From: Escherichia phage FriedrichZschokke
Sequence record: MZ501067
Strand: one strand, 5' to 3'
Length of the DNA stretch: 64,000 nt
Under the pieces are notes generated by a model that worked only from the letters and a program-made list of their open reading frames with translations, ran no database searches and was not told where the DNA came from. A program made the position numbers and the translations under genes. Positions 48,888 to 63,173 of this stretch are shown one piece after another (the first letter of the stretch is position 1; each line of letters begins with the position of its first letter).

Positions 48888-50870
48888 ATGGCAAATACCC
48901 CTGTAAATTATCAATTAACAAGAACAGCAAATGCTATTCCCGAGATATTCGTCGGGGGTACGTTTGCTGAAATAAAACAAAACCTCATTGAATGGCTTAA
49001 TGGCCAAAATGAATTTTTGGATTATGATTTTGAAGGCTCAAGATTAAACGTTCTGTGTGACCTTTTGGCTTATAATACATTGTACATTCAGCAGTTTGGT
49101 AATGCTGCTGTATATGAAAGCTTTATGCGTACTGCTAACTTACGAAGTTCAGTTGTTCAAGCTGCACAAGATAACGGATATTTACCTACTTCAAAATCCG
49201 CTGCGCAGACCGAAATTATGTTAACATGCACCGACGCATTGAATAGGAATTACATTACTATTCCTCGCGGAACTCGCTTTTTAGCATATGCAAAAGATAC
49301 TTCTGTTAATCCATATAACTTCGTTTCTACCGAAGACGTTATTGCCATTCGTGATAAAAATAACCAATATTTTCCGCGTTTAAAATTGGCCCAGGGACGT
49401 ATAGTAAGAACTGAAATCATTTATGATAAATTAACACCTATTATCATTTATGATAAAAATATTGATAGAAACCAGGTTAAATTATATGTTGATGGAGCGG
49501 AATGGATTAACTGGACGAGAAAGTCAATGGTTCATGCTGGTTCAACATCAACGATTTACTATATGCGTGAAACTATTGATGGAAACACTGAATTCTATTT
49601 TGGCGAAGGTGAAATTTCTGTTAATGCTTCTGAAGGAGCTTTGACCGCTAATTATATCGGAGGTCTTAAACCTACCCAGAACTCTACGATTGTTATTGAG
49701 TACATCAGTACTAACGGTGCAGATGCGAATGGCGCAGTCGGATTTTCATATGCAGATACATTAACAAATATAACTGTCATCAATATTAATGAAAATCCAA
49801 ACGACGACCCAGATTTTGTCGGAGCAGATGGCGGCGGTGATCCAGAAGATATTGAGCGTATTCGCGAATTGGGTACTATTAAACGCGAAACCCAGCAACG
49901 CTGCGTAACTGCGACTGACTACGATACATTCGTTTCAGAGAGATTTGGTTCTATTATTCAAGCTGTTCAGACTTTCACTGATTCTACTAAACCTGGGTAT
50001 GCATTTATTGCTGCTAAACCTAAATCAGGATTGTATTTAACTACTGTGCAACGTGAAGATATTAAAAATTATCTCAAAGACTATAATTTAGCTCCTATTA
50101 CGCCATCAATTATTTCTCCTAATTATCTTTTTATTAAGACTAATTTAAAAGTCACATATGCCTTAAATAAGCTGCAAGAATCCGAACAGTGGCTCGAAGG
50201 TCAAATAATTGATAAAATTGATCGTTATTATACCGAAGATGTAGAAATTTTTAACTCGTCTTTTGCCAAGTCTAAGATGTTGACATATGTAGATGATGCA
50301 GATCATTCTATCATTGGTTCATCAGCGACAATTCAAATTGTTCGTGAAGTACAAAACTTCTATAAAACGCCTGAAGCAGGTATTAAATACAATAATCAAA
50401 TAAAAGATCGTTCTATGGAATCTAATACGTTTTCATTTAATTCTGGACGAAAGGTTGTAAATCCTGATACTGGTTTAGAAGAAGATGTATTATATGACGT
50501 TCGTATAGTATCAACAGACCGAGATTCTAAAGGAATTGGTAAAGTTATTATTGGTCCATTTGCTTCTGGCGATGTTACAGAAAATGAAAACATTCAGCCG
50601 TATACAGGAAACGATTTTAACAAATTAGCAAATTCTGATGGACGCGACAAATACTATGTTATCGGTGAAATAAATTATCCAGCTGACATGATTTATTGGA
50701 ATATCGCTAAAATTAATTTAACATCTGAAAAATTTGAAGTTCAGACTATTGAATTATATTCTGACCCAACCGATGATGTTATCTTTACTCGTGATGGTTC
50801 ACTGATTGTATTTGAAAATGACTTACGTCCACAATACTTAACTATCGATTTGGAGCCTATATCACAATGA
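48888..50870 (+). CDS. 6: Baseplate wedge protein gp6
   Basis: 660 aa ORF, synteny and length as T4 gp6. Confidence 0.93.
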   Translation: MANTPVNYQLTRTANAIPEIFVGGTFAEIKQNLIEWLNGQNEFLDYDFEGSRLNVLCDLLAYNTLYIQQFGNAAVYESFMRTANLRSSVVQAAQDNGYLPTSKSAAQTEIMLTCTDALNRNYITIPRGTRFLAYAKDTSVNPYNFVSTEDVIAIRDKNNQYFPRLKLAQGRIVRTEIIYDKLTPIIIYDKNIDRNQVKLYVDGAEWINWTRKSMVHAGSTSTIYYMRETIDGNTEFYFGEGEISVNASEGALTANYIGGLKPTQNSTIVIEYISTNGADANGAVGFSYADTLTNITVININENPNDDPDFVGADGGGDPEDIERIRELGTIKRETQQRCVTATDYDTFVSERFGSIIQAVQTFTDSTKPGYAFIAAKPKSGLYLTTVQREDIKNYLKDYNLAPITPSIISPNYLFIKTNLKVTYALNKLQESEQWLEGQIIDKIDRYYTEDVEIFNSSFAKSKMLTYVDDADHSIIGSSATIQIVREVQNFYKTPEAGIKYNNQIKDRSMESNTFSFNSGRKVVNPDTGLEEDVLYDVRIVSTDRDSKGIGKVIIGPFASGDVTENENIQPYTGNDFNKLANSDGRDKYYVIGEINYPADMIYWNIAKINLTSEKFEVQTIELYSDPTDDVIFTRDGSLIVFENDLRPQYLTIDLEPISQ

Positions 50871-53800
50871 CAGTAAAAGCACCTTCAGTCACTAGTCTCA
50901 GAATTTCCAAGTTATCCGCAAATCAGGTGCAAGTACGCTGGGATGACGTTGGTGCTAATTTCTACTATTTTGTAGAAATCGCTGAGACAAAAACAAACTC
51001 GGGGGAAAATCTCCCGAGTAATCAATACAGATGGATTAACTTAGGATATACTGCAAATAACAGCTTCTTTTTTGATGATGCTGATCCATTGACATCATAC
51101 ATTATCAGAGTAGCTACAGCTGCGCAAGATTTTGAGCAGTCTGATTGGATTTATACCGAAGAGTTTGAAACTTTTGCTACAAATGCTTATACATTTCAAA
51201 ACATGATTGAAATGCAATTAGCCAATAAATTCATTCAGGAAAAATTTACTCTTAATAATTCTGATTATGTTAATTTTAATAATGACACTATAATGGCTGC
51301 ATTGATGAATGAATCATTTCAATTCAGCCCATCGTATGTTGATGTTTCATCAATAAGTAATTTTATTATTGGTGAAAATGAGTATCATGAAATACAAGGT
51401 TCTATTCAGCAAGTATGTAAGGATATTAACCGAGTTTATTTGATGGAATCAGAAGGAATTCTATATCTTTTTGAGCGCTATCAACCTGTAGTTAAAGTAT
51501 CCAATGATAAAGGACAAACTTGGAAAGCTGTAAAGCTCTTCAATGACCGTGTAGGATATCCTTTATCTAAGACAGTATATTACCAATCTGCGAACACAAC
51601 ATACGTTCTAGGATACGACAAGATTTTCTATGGCCGCAAATCTACTGATGTTAGATGGTCAGCTGATGATGTCAGATTTAGTTCACAGGATATAACATTC
51701 GCTAAACTTGGTGACCAATTGCATCTAGGATTTGATGTAGAAATTTTTGCCACTTATGCGACTTTACCAGCGAATGTATACCGCATTGCAGAAGCTATTA
51801 CTTGCACCGATGATTACATTTACGTTGTCGCCAGAGACAAAGTTAGATACATAAAAACGAGTAATGCACCTATAGATTCTGATCCATTATCTCCAACATA
51901 TTCGGAAAGACTTTTTGAACCTGATACCATGACTATAACTGGAAATCCTAAAGCAGTATGCTATAAAATGGATTCTATCGGTGATAAAGTTTTTGCTCTT
52001 ATTATTGGTGAAGTTGAAACATTGAATGCTAATCCGAGAACATCAAAAATAATTGATTCTGCTGATAAAGGAATATATGTTTTAAATCATGATGAAAAAA
52101 CATGGAAAAGAGTTTTTGGTAATACCGAAGAAGAAAGAAGACGTATTCAACCCGGATATGCGAATATGTCAACTGACGGTAAATTAGTTTCTCTGTCTTC
52201 GAGTAATTTTAAATTTTTAAGTGATAATGTTGTTAATGACCCTGAAACTGCAGCAAAATATCAGTTAATTGGTGCTGTCAAATATGAATTTCCTCGTGAA
52301 TGGTTAGCTGATAAGCATTATCATATGATGGCATTTATAGCAGATGAAAAGTCTGATTGGGAAACTTTTACTCCTCAGCCGATGAAATACTATGCAGAAC
52401 CATTCTTTAACTGGTCTAAAAAATCTAACACACGTTGTTGGATAAACAACTCTGATAGGGTTGTAGTAGTTTATGCTGATTTAAAATACACTAAAGTTAT
52501 AGAAAATATTCCGGAAACATCACCAGATAGATTAGTTCATGAATACTGGGATGATGGCGATTGCACTATAGTAATGCCAAATGTTAAATTCACTGGATTT
52601 AAAAAATATGCATCTGGGATGCTTTTCTATAAAGCCTCTGGTGAAATAATTTCTTACTATGATTTTAACTATCGCGTGAGAGATACAGTAGAAATTATTT
52701 GGAAGCCAACTGAAGTATTTTTAAAAGCATTTTTACAAAACCAAGAGCATGAGACTCCTTGGTCACCAGAAGAAGAGCGTGGATTAGCTGACCCTGATTT
52801 AAGACCATTAATTGGCACAATGATGCCTGATTCTTATTTGTTACAGGATTCGAATTTTGAAGCATTTTGCGAAGCATATATTCAATATCTTTCTGATGGA
52901 TATGGAACTCAGTATAACAATTTACGAAATTTAATTCGTAACCAATATCCACGAGAAGAGCATGCATGGGAATATTTGTGGTCAGAGATATATAAAAGAA
53001 ACATTTATTTAAATGCTGACAAACGCGATGCTGTTGCGAGATTCTTTGAATCACGTAGCTATGATTTTTATTCTACTAAAGGAATTGAAGCATCATACAA
53101 ATTTCTTTTTAAAGTTCTTTATAATGAAGAGGTTGAAATTGAAATTGAATCTGGGGCTGGTACTGAATATGATATAATCGTTCAATCTGATTCTTTGACT
53201 GAAGACTTAGTAGGACAAACGATTTATACAGCTACAGGAAGATGTAATGTTACTTATATAGAAAGAAGCTATTCTAATGGTAAATTGCAATGGACCGTAA
53301 CTATTCATAATCTTTTGGGACGATTAATTGCTGGTCAAGAAGTTAAAGCAGAAAGACTTCCTAGTTTTGAAGGCGAAATTATTCGTGGAGTTAAAGGAAA
53401 GGATTTGCTTCAAAATAATATAGACTATATTAATAGAAGTCGATCATATTATGTAATGAAAATTAAATCCAATTTACCTTCTTCTCGTTGGAAATCTGAC
53501 GTTATTCGTTTTGTTCATCCAGTAGGATTTGGATTTATAGCAATTACCCTTTTAACGATGTTTATTAATGTTGGTTTAACTCTTAAACACACAGAGACTA
53601 TAATTAATAAATACAAAAACTATAAATGGGATTCTGGATTGCCTACTGAATATGCTGATAGAGTAGCTAAATTGACTCCAACTGGTGAAATTGAGCATGA
53701 TTCGGTAACAGGCGAAGCAATTTATGAGCCTGGCCCAATGGCTGGTGTAGAATATCCTCTTCCTGATGACTATAATGCTGAAAATAATAATTCAATATTT

Positions 53801-53965
53801 CAAGGTCAATTGCCGTCTGAACGACGTAAATTAATGAGTCCTTTATTTGATGCATCTGGAACAACATTTGCGCAATTTAGAGATTTAGTTAATAAACGTC
53901 TAAAAGATAATATAGGAAATCCAAGAGACCCTGAAAATCCAACACAGGTTAAAATAGATGAATGA
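50867..53965 (+). CDS. 7: Baseplate wedge protein gp7
   Basis: 1032 aa ORF, synteny and length as T4 gp7. Confidence 0.93.
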   Translation: MTVKAPSVTSLRISKLSANQVQVRWDDVGANFYYFVEIAETKTNSGENLPSNQYRWINLGYTANNSFFFDDADPLTSYIIRVATAAQDFEQSDWIYTEEFETFATNAYTFQNMIEMQLANKFIQEKFTLNNSDYVNFNNDTIMAALMNESFQFSPSYVDVSSISNFIIGENEYHEIQGSIQQVCKDINRVYLMESEGILYLFERYQPVVKVSNDKGQTWKAVKLFNDRVGYPLSKTVYYQSANTTYVLGYDKIFYGRKSTDVRWSADDVRFSSQDITFAKLGDQLHLGFDVEIFATYATLPANVYRIAEAITCTDDYIYVVARDKVRYIKTSNAPIDSDPLSPTYSERLFEPDTMTITGNPKAVCYKMDSIGDKVFALIIGEVETLNANPRTSKIIDSADKGIYVLNHDEKTWKRVFGNTEEERRRIQPGYANMSTDGKLVSLSSSNFKFLSDNVVNDPETAAKYQLIGAVKYEFPREWLADKHYHMMAFIADEKSDWETFTPQPMKYYAEPFFNWSKKSNTRCWINNSDRVVVVYADLKYTKVIENIPETSPDRLVHEYWDDGDCTIVMPNVKFTGFKKYASGMLFYKASGEIISYYDFNYRVRDTVEIIWKPTEVFLKAFLQNQEHETPWSPEEERGLADPDLRPLIGTMMPDSYLLQDSNFEAFCEAYIQYLSDGYGTQYNNLRNLIRNQYPREEHAWEYLWSEIYKRNIYLNADKRDAVARFFESRSYDFYSTKGIEASYKFLFKVLYNEEVEIEIESGAGTEYDIIVQSDSLTEDLVGQTIYTATGRCNVTYIERSYSNGKLQWTVTIHNLLGRLIAGQEVKAERLPSFEGEIIRGVKGKDLLQNNIDYINRSRSYYVMKIKSNLPSSRWKSDVIRFVHPVGFGFIAITLLTMFINVGLTLKHTETIINKYKNYKWDSGLPTEYADRVAKLTPTGEIEHDSVTGEAIYEPGPMAGVEYPLPDDYNAENNNSIFQGQLPSERRKLMSPLFDASGTTFAQFRDLVNKRLKDNIGNPRDPENPTQVKIDE

Positions 53966-54962
53966 TTCAAGTGTTATCTATCGTGCGATAGTTACTTCAA
54001 AATTTAGAACAGAAAAAATGTTGAATTTTTATAATTCAATTGGAAGTGGTCCGGATAAAAACACTATCTTTATCACATTTGGAAGATCAGAACCGTGGTC
54101 ATCAAATGAAAATGAGGTGGGCTTTGCCCCACCTTATCCTACCGATTCTGTATTAGGTGTAACTGACATGTGGACTCATATGATGGGAACAGTAAAAGTT
54201 CTTCCATCAATGCTTGATGCTGTTATTCCTCGCAGAGATTGGGGAGATACTAGATATCCGGATCCATACACATTTAGAATTAACGATATTGTAGTGTGTA
54301 ACTCAGCTCCTTACAACGCTACTGAATCAGGCGCAGGCTGGTTAGTATATCGTTGTTTAGATGTTCCTGATACCGGAATGTGTTCAATCGCATCTTTAAC
54401 TGATAAGGATGAATGCCTTAAGTTAGGTGGAAAATGGACTCCTTCTGCTAGGTCAATGACTCCTCCTGAAGGTCGAGGAGATGCTGAAGGAACAATTGAA
54501 CCTGGGGACGGATATGTTTGGGAATATCTATTTGAGATTCCGCCTGATGTATCTATAAATAGATGCACGAATGAATATATCGTGGTTCCTTGGCCTGAGG
54601 AATTAAAAGAAGACCCGACTAGATGGGGATATGAAGATAATCTCACTTGGCAGCAAGATGATTTTGGATTAATTTACCGTGTTAAGGCAAATACTATCCG
54701 TTTTAAAGCATATTTAGATTCAGTTTATTTTCCTGAAGCTGCATTGCCAGGAAATAAAGGATTTAGACAAATATCAATAATCACGAATCCTCTTGAAGCT
54801 AAAGCTCATCCAAATGACCCAAACGTTAAAGCTGAAAAGGATTATTATGATCCGGAAGATTTAATGAGGCATTCGGGCGAAATGATTTATATGGAAAATA
54901 GGCCACCTATTATTATGGCAATGGATCAGACAGAAGAAATCAATATTCTGTTTACATTTTAA
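53958..54962 (+). CDS. 8: Baseplate wedge protein gp8
   Basis: 334 aa ORF, synteny and length as T4 gp8. Confidence 0.93.
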   Translation: MNDSSVIYRAIVTSKFRTEKMLNFYNSIGSGPDKNTIFITFGRSEPWSSNENEVGFAPPYPTDSVLGVTDMWTHMMGTVKVLPSMLDAVIPRRDWGDTRYPDPYTFRINDIVVCNSAPYNATESGAGWLVYRCLDVPDTGMCSIASLTDKDECLKLGGKWTPSARSMTPPEGRGDAEGTIEPGDGYVWEYLFEIPPDVSINRCTNEYIVVPWPEELKEDPTRWGYEDNLTWQQDDFGLIYRVKANTIRFKAYLDSVYFPEAALPGNKGFRQISIITNPLEAKAHPNDPNVKAEKDYYDPEDLMRHSGEMIYMENRPPIIMAMDQTEEINILFTF

Positions 54963-54967
54963 ATTAA

Positions 54968-54992
54968 GGGAGCCCATGGGCTCCCTTTTTCT
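54968..54992 (+). terminator. Rho-independent terminator after gene 8
   Basis: GGGAGCC-CATG-GGCTCCC hairpin followed by TTTTTCTTT. Confidence 0.65.
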
Positions 54993-54993
54993 T

Positions 54994-55001
54994 TATAAAT
55001 A
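54994..55001 (+). promoter_or_regulatory. Late promoter TATAAATA upstream of gene 9
   Basis: Exact TATAAATA 25 nt upstream of the gene 9 ATG. Confidence 0.55.
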
Positions 55002-55025
55002 CTATAAACTCATAAGGAAACCGCT

Positions 55026-55892
55026 ATGTTCATTCAAGAACCAAAGAAATTGATTGATACCGGCGAAATTGGTAACGCTTCTACTGGTGATATCTTATTC
55101 GACGGTGGTAATAAAATTAATAGTGATTTTAACGCAATTTATAATGCGTTTGGCGATCAACGTAAAATGGCAGTAGCAAATGGCACCGGAGCAGATGGTC
55201 AAATTATCCATGCTACTGGATATTATCAAAAACACTCTATTGCAGAGTATGCAACTCCAGTAAAAGTTGGCACTAGGCATGATATTGATACCTCTACCGT
55301 AGGTGTTAAAGTTATCATTGAAAGAGGCGAACTCGGCGATTGTGTTGAATTCATTAATTCTAACGGATCAATATCAGTTACTAATCCTTTGACAATTCAA
55401 GCTATTGATTCAATTAAAGGTGTTTCAGGTAATTTAGTAGTAACTAGCCCATATAGTAAAGTTACTTTACGCTGTATTTCATCTGATAATTCTACGTCGG
55501 TTTGGAATTATTCTATTGAAAGTATGTTTGGACAAAAGGAATCACCAGCTGAAGGTACATGGAATATTTCTACATCTGGATCAGTTGATATTCCACTATT
55601 TCATCGCACTGAATACAATATGGCTAAATTACTAGTTACATGCCAATCGGTAGATGGAAGAAAAATTAAAACAGCAGAAATAAATATTCTTGTGGATACT
55701 GTCAATTCAGAGGTAATTTCTTCTGAATATGCTGTCATGCGAGTTGGGAATGAAACCGAAGAAGACGAAATCGCTAATATTGCATTTAGTATTAAAGAAA
55801 ATTACGTAACGGCGACTATAAGTTCTTCAACTGTCGGTATGAGAGCAGCAGTTAAAGTTATCGCTACGCAGAAAATCGGGGTGGCTCAATAA
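55026..55892 (+). CDS. 9: Baseplate protein gp9 (long tail fiber socket)
   Basis: 288 aa ORF, synteny and length as T4 gp9. Confidence 0.93.
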   Translation: MFIQEPKKLIDTGEIGNASTGDILFDGGNKINSDFNAIYNAFGDQRKMAVANGTGADGQIIHATGYYQKHSIAEYATPVKVGTRHDIDTSTVGVKVIIERGELGDCVEFINSNGSISVTNPLTIQAIDSIKGVSGNLVVTSPYSKVTLRCISSDNSTSVWNYSIESMFGQKESPAEGTWNISTSGSVDIPLFHRTEYNMAKLLVTCQSVDGRKIKTAEINILVDTVNSEVISSEYAVMRVGNETEEDEIANIAFSIKENYVTATISSSTVGMRAAVKVIATQKIGVAQ

Positions 55893-57700
55893 TGAAACAA
55901 AATATTAATATCGGTAATGTTGTAGATGATGGTACCGGTGACTACCTGCGTAAAGGTGGTATAAAAATAAATGAAAACTTTGATGAGCTTTATTATGAAC
56001 TCGGTGATGGTGATGTTCCATATTCAGCCGGTGCCTGGAAAACTTATAATGCTTCATCAGGACAAACATTAACAGCAGAATGGGGAAAATCGTACGCTAT
56101 TAATACATCTTCTGGAAGAGTGACTATAAATCTTCCAAAGGGCACAGTTAATGATTACAACAAGGTAATTAGAGCTAGAGACGTATTTGCTACATGGAAC
56201 GTCAACCCAGTTACACTAGTAGCTGCTTCCGGAGATACGATTAAAGGGTCTGCAGTACCAGTTGAAATTAATGTTCAATTCAGCGATTTAGAACTAGTGT
56301 ATTGTGCCCCAGGACGTTGGGAATATGTCAAAAATAAACAAATTGACAAAATTACCAGTTCAGACATTAGTAATGTAGCTCGTAAAGAATTTTTAGTCGA
56401 AGTCCAAGGACAAACAGACTTTTTAGATGTTTTCCGTGGAACCAGTTATAATGTAAATAACATCAGAGTAAAACATCGTGGTAACGAATTGTATTACGGC
56501 GATGTGTTTAGCGAAAACAGCGATTTTGGCTCTCCGGGCGAAAATGAAGGAGAACTAGTTCCTCTTGATGGATTTAATATTCGATTAAGACAGCCTTGTA
56601 ATATTGGTGACACTGTTCAAATTGAAACATTTATGGATGGTGTATCGCAGTGGAGAAGTTCATATACAAGACGTCAAATTAGATTGTTAGATTCAAAATT
56701 AACGTCAAAAACTTCTTTAGAAGGAAGCATTTACGTTACTGATTTATCAACAATGAAATCAATTCCATTTTCAGCTTTTGGATTAATTCCAGGTGAACCT
56801 ATTAATCCTAATTCTCTTGAGGTTCGTTTTAATGGAATTTTACAAGAATTGGCTGGAACAGTTGGAATGCCATTATTTCATTGTGTCGGTGCAGATTCAG
56901 ACGATGAAGTAGAATGCTCTGTTTTAGGTGGAACTTGGGAACAATCTCATACCGATTATTCAGTTGAAACTGATGAAAACGGCATACCGGAAATTTTACA
57001 TTTCGATAGAGTATTTGAGCATGGTGACATTATCAATATCACCTGGTTTAATAATGATTTGGGTACATTATTAACGAAAGATGAGATTATTGATGAAACT
57101 GATAATCTCTATGTATCGCAAGGACCAGGAGTAGATATTTCCGGTGATGTAAATTTAACAGACTTTGATAAAATTGGATGGCCAAATGTAGAAGCAGTTC
57201 AATCTTATCAACGCGAATTTAATGCTGTTTCAAATATCTTTGATACGATTTATCCTATTGGAACTATATATGAAAACGCTGTTAATCCAAACAACCCTGT
57301 TACATATATGGGATTCGGCTCATGGAAATTATTTGGGCAAGGAAAAGTTTTAGTTGGATGGAATGAAGATATTTCGGATCCGAATTTTGCTCTAAATAAC
57401 AACGATTTAGATTCTGGCGGAAATCCTTCGCATACTGCAGGTGGAACAGGTGGTTCTACTTCTGTTACATTGGAAAATGCTAATCTTCCTGCAACTGAAA
57501 CAGATGAAGAAGTTCTAATAGTTGATGAAAATGGATCAGTCATTGTTGGTGGGTGTCAATACGATCCAGATGAATCCGGTCCAATTTACACTAAATACCG
57601 TGAAGCTAAAGCATCTACTAACTCTACTCACACTCCGCCAACATCAATAACTAACATTCAACCATATATTACAGTTTATCGTTGGATAAGGATTGCATAA
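55892..57700 (+). CDS. 10: Baseplate protein gp10
   Basis: 602 aa ORF, synteny and length as T4 gp10. Confidence 0.93.
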   Translation: MKQNINIGNVVDDGTGDYLRKGGIKINENFDELYYELGDGDVPYSAGAWKTYNASSGQTLTAEWGKSYAINTSSGRVTINLPKGTVNDYNKVIRARDVFATWNVNPVTLVAASGDTIKGSAVPVEINVQFSDLELVYCAPGRWEYVKNKQIDKITSSDISNVARKEFLVEVQGQTDFLDVFRGTSYNVNNIRVKHRGNELYYGDVFSENSDFGSPGENEGELVPLDGFNIRLRQPCNIGDTVQIETFMDGVSQWRSSYTRRQIRLLDSKLTSKTSLEGSIYVTDLSTMKSIPFSAFGLIPGEPINPNSLEVRFNGILQELAGTVGMPLFHCVGADSDDEVECSVLGGTWEQSHTDYSVETDENGIPEILHFDRVFEHGDIINITWFNNDLGTLLTKDEIIDETDNLYVSQGPGVDISGDVNLTDFDKIGWPNVEAVQSYQREFNAVSNIFDTIYPIGTIYENAVNPNNPVTYMGFGSWKLFGQGKVLVGWNEDISDPNFALNNNDLDSGGNPSHTAGGTGGSTSVTLENANLPATETDEEVLIVDENGSVIVGGCQYDPDESGPIYTKYREAKASTNSTHTPPTSITNIQPYITVYRWIRIA

Positions 57701-58359
57701 TGAGTTTACTTAATAATAAAGCGGGAGTTATTTCCCGCTTAGCCGATTTTCTTGGTTTTAGACCTAAAGCTGGTAATATAGATGTAATGAATCGTCAATC
57801 AGTTGGGTCAGTGACAATTTCTCAATTAGCGAAAGGATTCTATGAACCAAACGTAGAATCAGCTATTAATGATGTTCATAATTTTTCTATAAAAGACGTT
57901 GGTACAATTATTACTAATAAAACTGGTGTTTCTCCTGAGGGTGTTTCTCAAACCGATTATTGGGCATTTTCTGGAACTGTAACAGACGATTCTCTTCCTC
58001 CGGGTTCTCCTGTTACGGTATTAGTATTTGGTCTTCCAGTTTCAGCAACTACTGGAATGACGGCAATTGAGTTTGTTGCAAAAGTTCGTGTTGCCCTTCA
58101 AGAAGCTATTGCGTCATTTACTGCTATTAACTCATATAAAGACCATCCAACAGATGGTAGTAAATTAGAAGTTACTTATTTAGATAATCAAAAACATGTA
58201 TTAAGCACATATTCTACATATGGAATAACTATTTCACAGGAAATTATTTCTGAGTCTAAACCTGGCTACGGTACATGGAATTTATTAGGCGCACAAACTG
58301 TAACTTTAGATAATCAGCAGACTCCTACAGTATTTTATCATTTTGAGAGAACAGCATGA
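57700..58359 (+). CDS. 11: Baseplate protein gp11 (short tail fiber attachment)
   Basis: 219 aa from [23 protein letters not shown]; ATG overlaps the gene 10 stop (TAATG). Confidence 0.93.
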   Translation: MSLLNNKAGVISRLADFLGFRPKAGNIDVMNRQSVGSVTISQLAKGFYEPNVESAINDVHNFSIKDVGTIITNKTGVSPEGVSQTDYWAFSGTVTDDSLPPGSPVTVLVFGLPVSATTGMTAIEFVAKVRVALQEAIASFTAINSYKDHPTDGSKLEVTYLDNQKHVLSTYSTYGITISQEIISESKPGYGTWNLLGAQTVTLDNQQTPTVFYHFERTA

Positions 58360-59939
58360 GTAATAATACATATCAACACGTTTCTAATGAATCTCGTTAT
58401 GTAAAATTTGATCCTACCGATACGAATTTTCCACCAGAGATTACTGATGTTCAGGCTGCTATAGCAGCCATTTCTCCTGCTGGCGTAAATGGAGTTCCTG
58501 ATGCATCGTCAACAACAAAGGGAATTTTATTTCTTGCCACTGAACAGGAAGTTATAGATGGAACTAATAATACCAAAGCAGTTACACCGGCAACGTTGGC
58601 AACAAGATTATCATATCCAAATGCTACCGAAGAAGTTTATGGACTTACACGTTATTCAACAGACGATGAAGCTGTAGCTGGTGTTAATAATGAATCATCT
58701 ATAACTCCGGCTAAATTTACTACAGCAATTAATCACATTTTTGATACACGAATTTCTTCTGAAAGTTCACTTGGCGTTATTAAGTTATCATCTCTACCGC
58801 AAGCATTAGCTGGTGCAGATGATACTACTGCAATGACTCCATTAAAAACGCAGCAGTTAGCTATTAAATTAATTGCGCAAATTGCTCCTTCTGAAACCAC
58901 AGCTACCGAATCGGACCAAGGTGTTGTTCAATTAGCAACAGTAGCGCAGGTTCGTCAGGGAACTTTAAGAGAAGGCTATGCAATTTCTCCTTATACGTTT
59001 ATGAATTCATCTGCTACTGAAGAATATAAAGGCGTAATTAAATTAGGAACACAGTCAGAAGTTAACTCGAATAATGCTTCTGTTGCTGTTACTGGTGCAA
59101 CTCTTAATGGTCGTGGTTCTACAACGTCAATGAGAGGCGTAGTTAAATTAACTACAACTGCCGGCTCACAGAGTGGAGGTGATGCTTCATCAGCACTAGC
59201 TTGGAATGCTGACGTTATCCATCAAAGAGGCGGTCAAACTATTAATGGAACACTCCGCATTAATAACACGCTTACAATAGCTTCAGGTGGAGCAAATATT
59301 ACCGGAACAGTTAACATGACCGGTGGTTATATTCAAGGTAAGCGTGTCGTAACACAAAATGAAATTGATAGAACTATTCCTGTCGGAGCTATTATGATGT
59401 GGGCCGCTGATAGTCTTCCTAGTGATGCTTGGCGTTTTTGCCACGGTGGAACTGTTTCAGCGTCAGATTGTCCATTATATGCTTCTAGAATTGGAACAAG
59501 ATATGGCGGAAGTTCATCAAATCCTGGATTACCTGATATGCGTGGTCTTTTTGTTCGCGGCTCTGGTCGTGGCTCTCACTTAACAAATCCAAATGTTAAT
59601 GGTAATGACCAGTTTGGTAAGCCTAGATTAGGTGTAGGTTGTACTGGTGGATATGTTGGTGAAGTACAGAAACAACAGATGTCTTATCATAAACATGCTG
59701 GCGGATTTGGTGAGCATGATGATTCTGGAGCATTCGGTAATACCCGTAGATCAAATTTTGTTGGTACACGTAAAGGACTTGACTGGGATAACCGTTCATA
59801 CTTCACCAATGACGGATACGAAATTGACCCGGCATCACAACGAAATTCCAAATATACATTAAATCGTCCTGAATTAATTGGAAATGAAACACGTCCATGG
59901 AACATTTCTTTAAACTACATAATTAAGGTAAAAGAATGA
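58356..59939 (+). CDS. 12: Short tail fiber protein gp12
   Basis: 527 aa ORF, synteny and length as T4 gp12. Confidence 0.93.
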   Translation: MSNNTYQHVSNESRYVKFDPTDTNFPPEITDVQAAIAAISPAGVNGVPDASSTTKGILFLATEQEVIDGTNNTKAVTPATLATRLSYPNATEEVYGLTRYSTDDEAVAGVNNESSITPAKFTTAINHIFDTRISSESSLGVIKLSSLPQALAGADDTTAMTPLKTQQLAIKLIAQIAPSETTATESDQGVVQLATVAQVRQGTLREGYAISPYTFMNSSATEEYKGVIKLGTQSEVNSNNASVAVTGATLNGRGSTTSMRGVVKLTTTAGSQSGGDASSALAWNADVIHQRGGQTINGTLRINNTLTIASGGANITGTVNMTGGYIQGKRVVTQNEIDRTIPVGAIMMWAADSLPSDAWRFCHGGTVSASDCPLYASRIGTRYGGSSSNPGLPDMRGLFVRGSGRGSHLTNPNVNGNDQFGKPRLGVGCTGGYVGEVQKQQMSYHKHAGGFGEHDDSGAFGNTRRSNFVGTRKGLDWDNRSYFTNDGYEIDPASQRNSKYTLNRPELIGNETRPWNISLNYIIKVKE

Positions 59940-61399
59940 CAGATATTGTACTGAATGACTTACCATTCGTTGACGGCCCTCCTGCGGAGGGCCAGAGCCG
60001 CATTTCCTGGATTAAAAACGGCGAAGAAATATTAGGAGCTGACACGCAGTATGGAAGCGAAGGTTCAATGAATAGACCTACAGTTTCTGTACTAAGAAAT
60101 GTTGAAGTTCTTGATAAAAACATTGGAATACTTAAAACATCTTTAGAAACCGCAAATAGTGATATTAAAACCATCCAGGGCATCTTAGATGTATCTGGTG
60201 ATATAGAAGCTTTAGCACAAATAAGTATCAATAAAAAGGATATTTCTGACCTCAAAACGCTAACCAGTGAACATACAGAAATATTAAATGGAACTAATAG
60301 TACAGTTGACAACATTCTTGCTGATATTGGTCCATTTAACTCCGAGGCCAACTCTGTATACAGAACGATCAGAAATGATTTACTGTGGATAAAGCGTGAA
60401 CTTGGACAATACACTGGTCAAGATATTAATGGTCTTCCTGTTGTAGGAAATCCTAGTAGTGGAATGAAGCATCGCATTATTAATAATACTGATGTCATTA
60501 CTTCACAGGGAATACGTTTAAGTGAATTAGAAACAAAATTTATTGAATCTGATGTAGGTTCTTTGACCATTGAAGTTGGTAATCTTCGCGAAGAGCTTGG
60601 ACCGAAACCACCGTCTTTTTCACAAAACATTTACAGCCGCTTAAATGAAATTGACACTAAACAGACAACAGTTGAGTCTGACATTAGTGCTATTAAGACC
60701 TCAATAGGATATCCAGGAAATAATTCGATTATCACGAGTGTTAATACAAACACTGATAATATTGCATCTATTAATTTAGAGCTAAATCAAAGTGGAGGTA
60801 TTAAACAGCGTTTAACCGTTATTGAAACTTCTATTGGATCAGACGATATTCCTTCGAGTATTAAAGGCCAAATCAAAGATAATACAACTTCAATCGAATC
60901 TTTAAATGGAATCGTCGGTGAAAACACTTCATCTGGTTTAAGAGCGAATGTTTCGTGGTTAAACCAAATTGTTGGAACTGATTCTAGCGGTGGACAACCT
61001 TCTCCTCCTGGGTCTCTTTTAAACCGAGTTTCTACAATTGAAACTTCTGTTTCAGGCTTGAATAACGATGTTCAAAACCTACAAGTAGAGATTGGTAATA
61101 ACAGCACAGGAATTAAAGGGCAAGTTGTAGCGTTAAATACTTTAGTAAATGGAACTAATCCAAACGGTTCAACTGTTGAAGAACGCGGATTAACCAATTC
61201 AATAAAAGCTAACGAAACTAACATTGCATCAGTTACACAAGAAGTGAATACAGCTAAAGGCAATATATCTTCTTTACAAGACGATGTTCAAGCTCTCCAA
61301 GAAGCCGGTTATATTCCTGAAGCTCCAAAAGATGGCCAAGCTTACGTTCGTAAAGACGGCGAATGGGTATTACTTTCTACCTTTTTATCACCAGCATAA
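59936..61399 (+). CDS. wac: Fibritin (whisker antigen control) Wac
   Basis: 487 aa ORF with segmented coiled coil and C-terminal foldon-like [27 protein letters not shown]. Confidence 0.95.
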   Translation: MTDIVLNDLPFVDGPPAEGQSRISWIKNGEEILGADTQYGSEGSMNRPTVSVLRNVEVLDKNIGILKTSLETANSDIKTIQGILDVSGDIEALAQISINKKDISDLKTLTSEHTEILNGTNSTVDNILADIGPFNSEANSVYRTIRNDLLWIKRELGQYTGQDINGLPVVGNPSSGMKHRIINNTDVITSQGIRLSELETKFIESDVGSLTIEVGNLREELGPKPPSFSQNIYSRLNEIDTKQTTVESDISAIKTSIGYPGNNSIITSVNTNTDNIASINLELNQSGGIKQRLTVIETSIGSDDIPSSIKGQIKDNTTSIESLNGIVGENTSSGLRANVSWLNQIVGTDSSGGQPSPPGSLLNRVSTIETSVSGLNNDVQNLQVEIGNNSTGIKGQVVALNTLVNGTNPNGSTVEERGLTNSIKANETNIASVTQEVNTAKGNISSLQDDVQALQEAGYIPEAPKDGQAYVRKDGEWVLLSTFLSPA

Positions 61400-61402
61400 C
61401 AT

Positions 61403-61418
61403 GGGGCCGCAAGGCCCC
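61403..61418 (+). other. GC-rich hairpin between wac and gene 13
   Basis: GGGGCC-GCAA-GGCCCC inverted repeat. Confidence 0.5.
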
Positions 61419-61430
61419 AAAGGATTTTAA

Positions 61431-63132
<1,702 letters not shown>

Positions 63133-63173
63133 TAAATATTATAAACTAATTAAAGCCCAGATTAGGAGAAATC

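Noticed and set aside
52695-53867. Minus-strand ORFs inside gene 7 (52695..53054, 53667..53867), inside wac (59923..60414, 60418..60630, 61072..61263) and inside gene 8 (54311..54646)
   Set aside because: Antisense to long, well-supported structural genes; composition is not protein-like.
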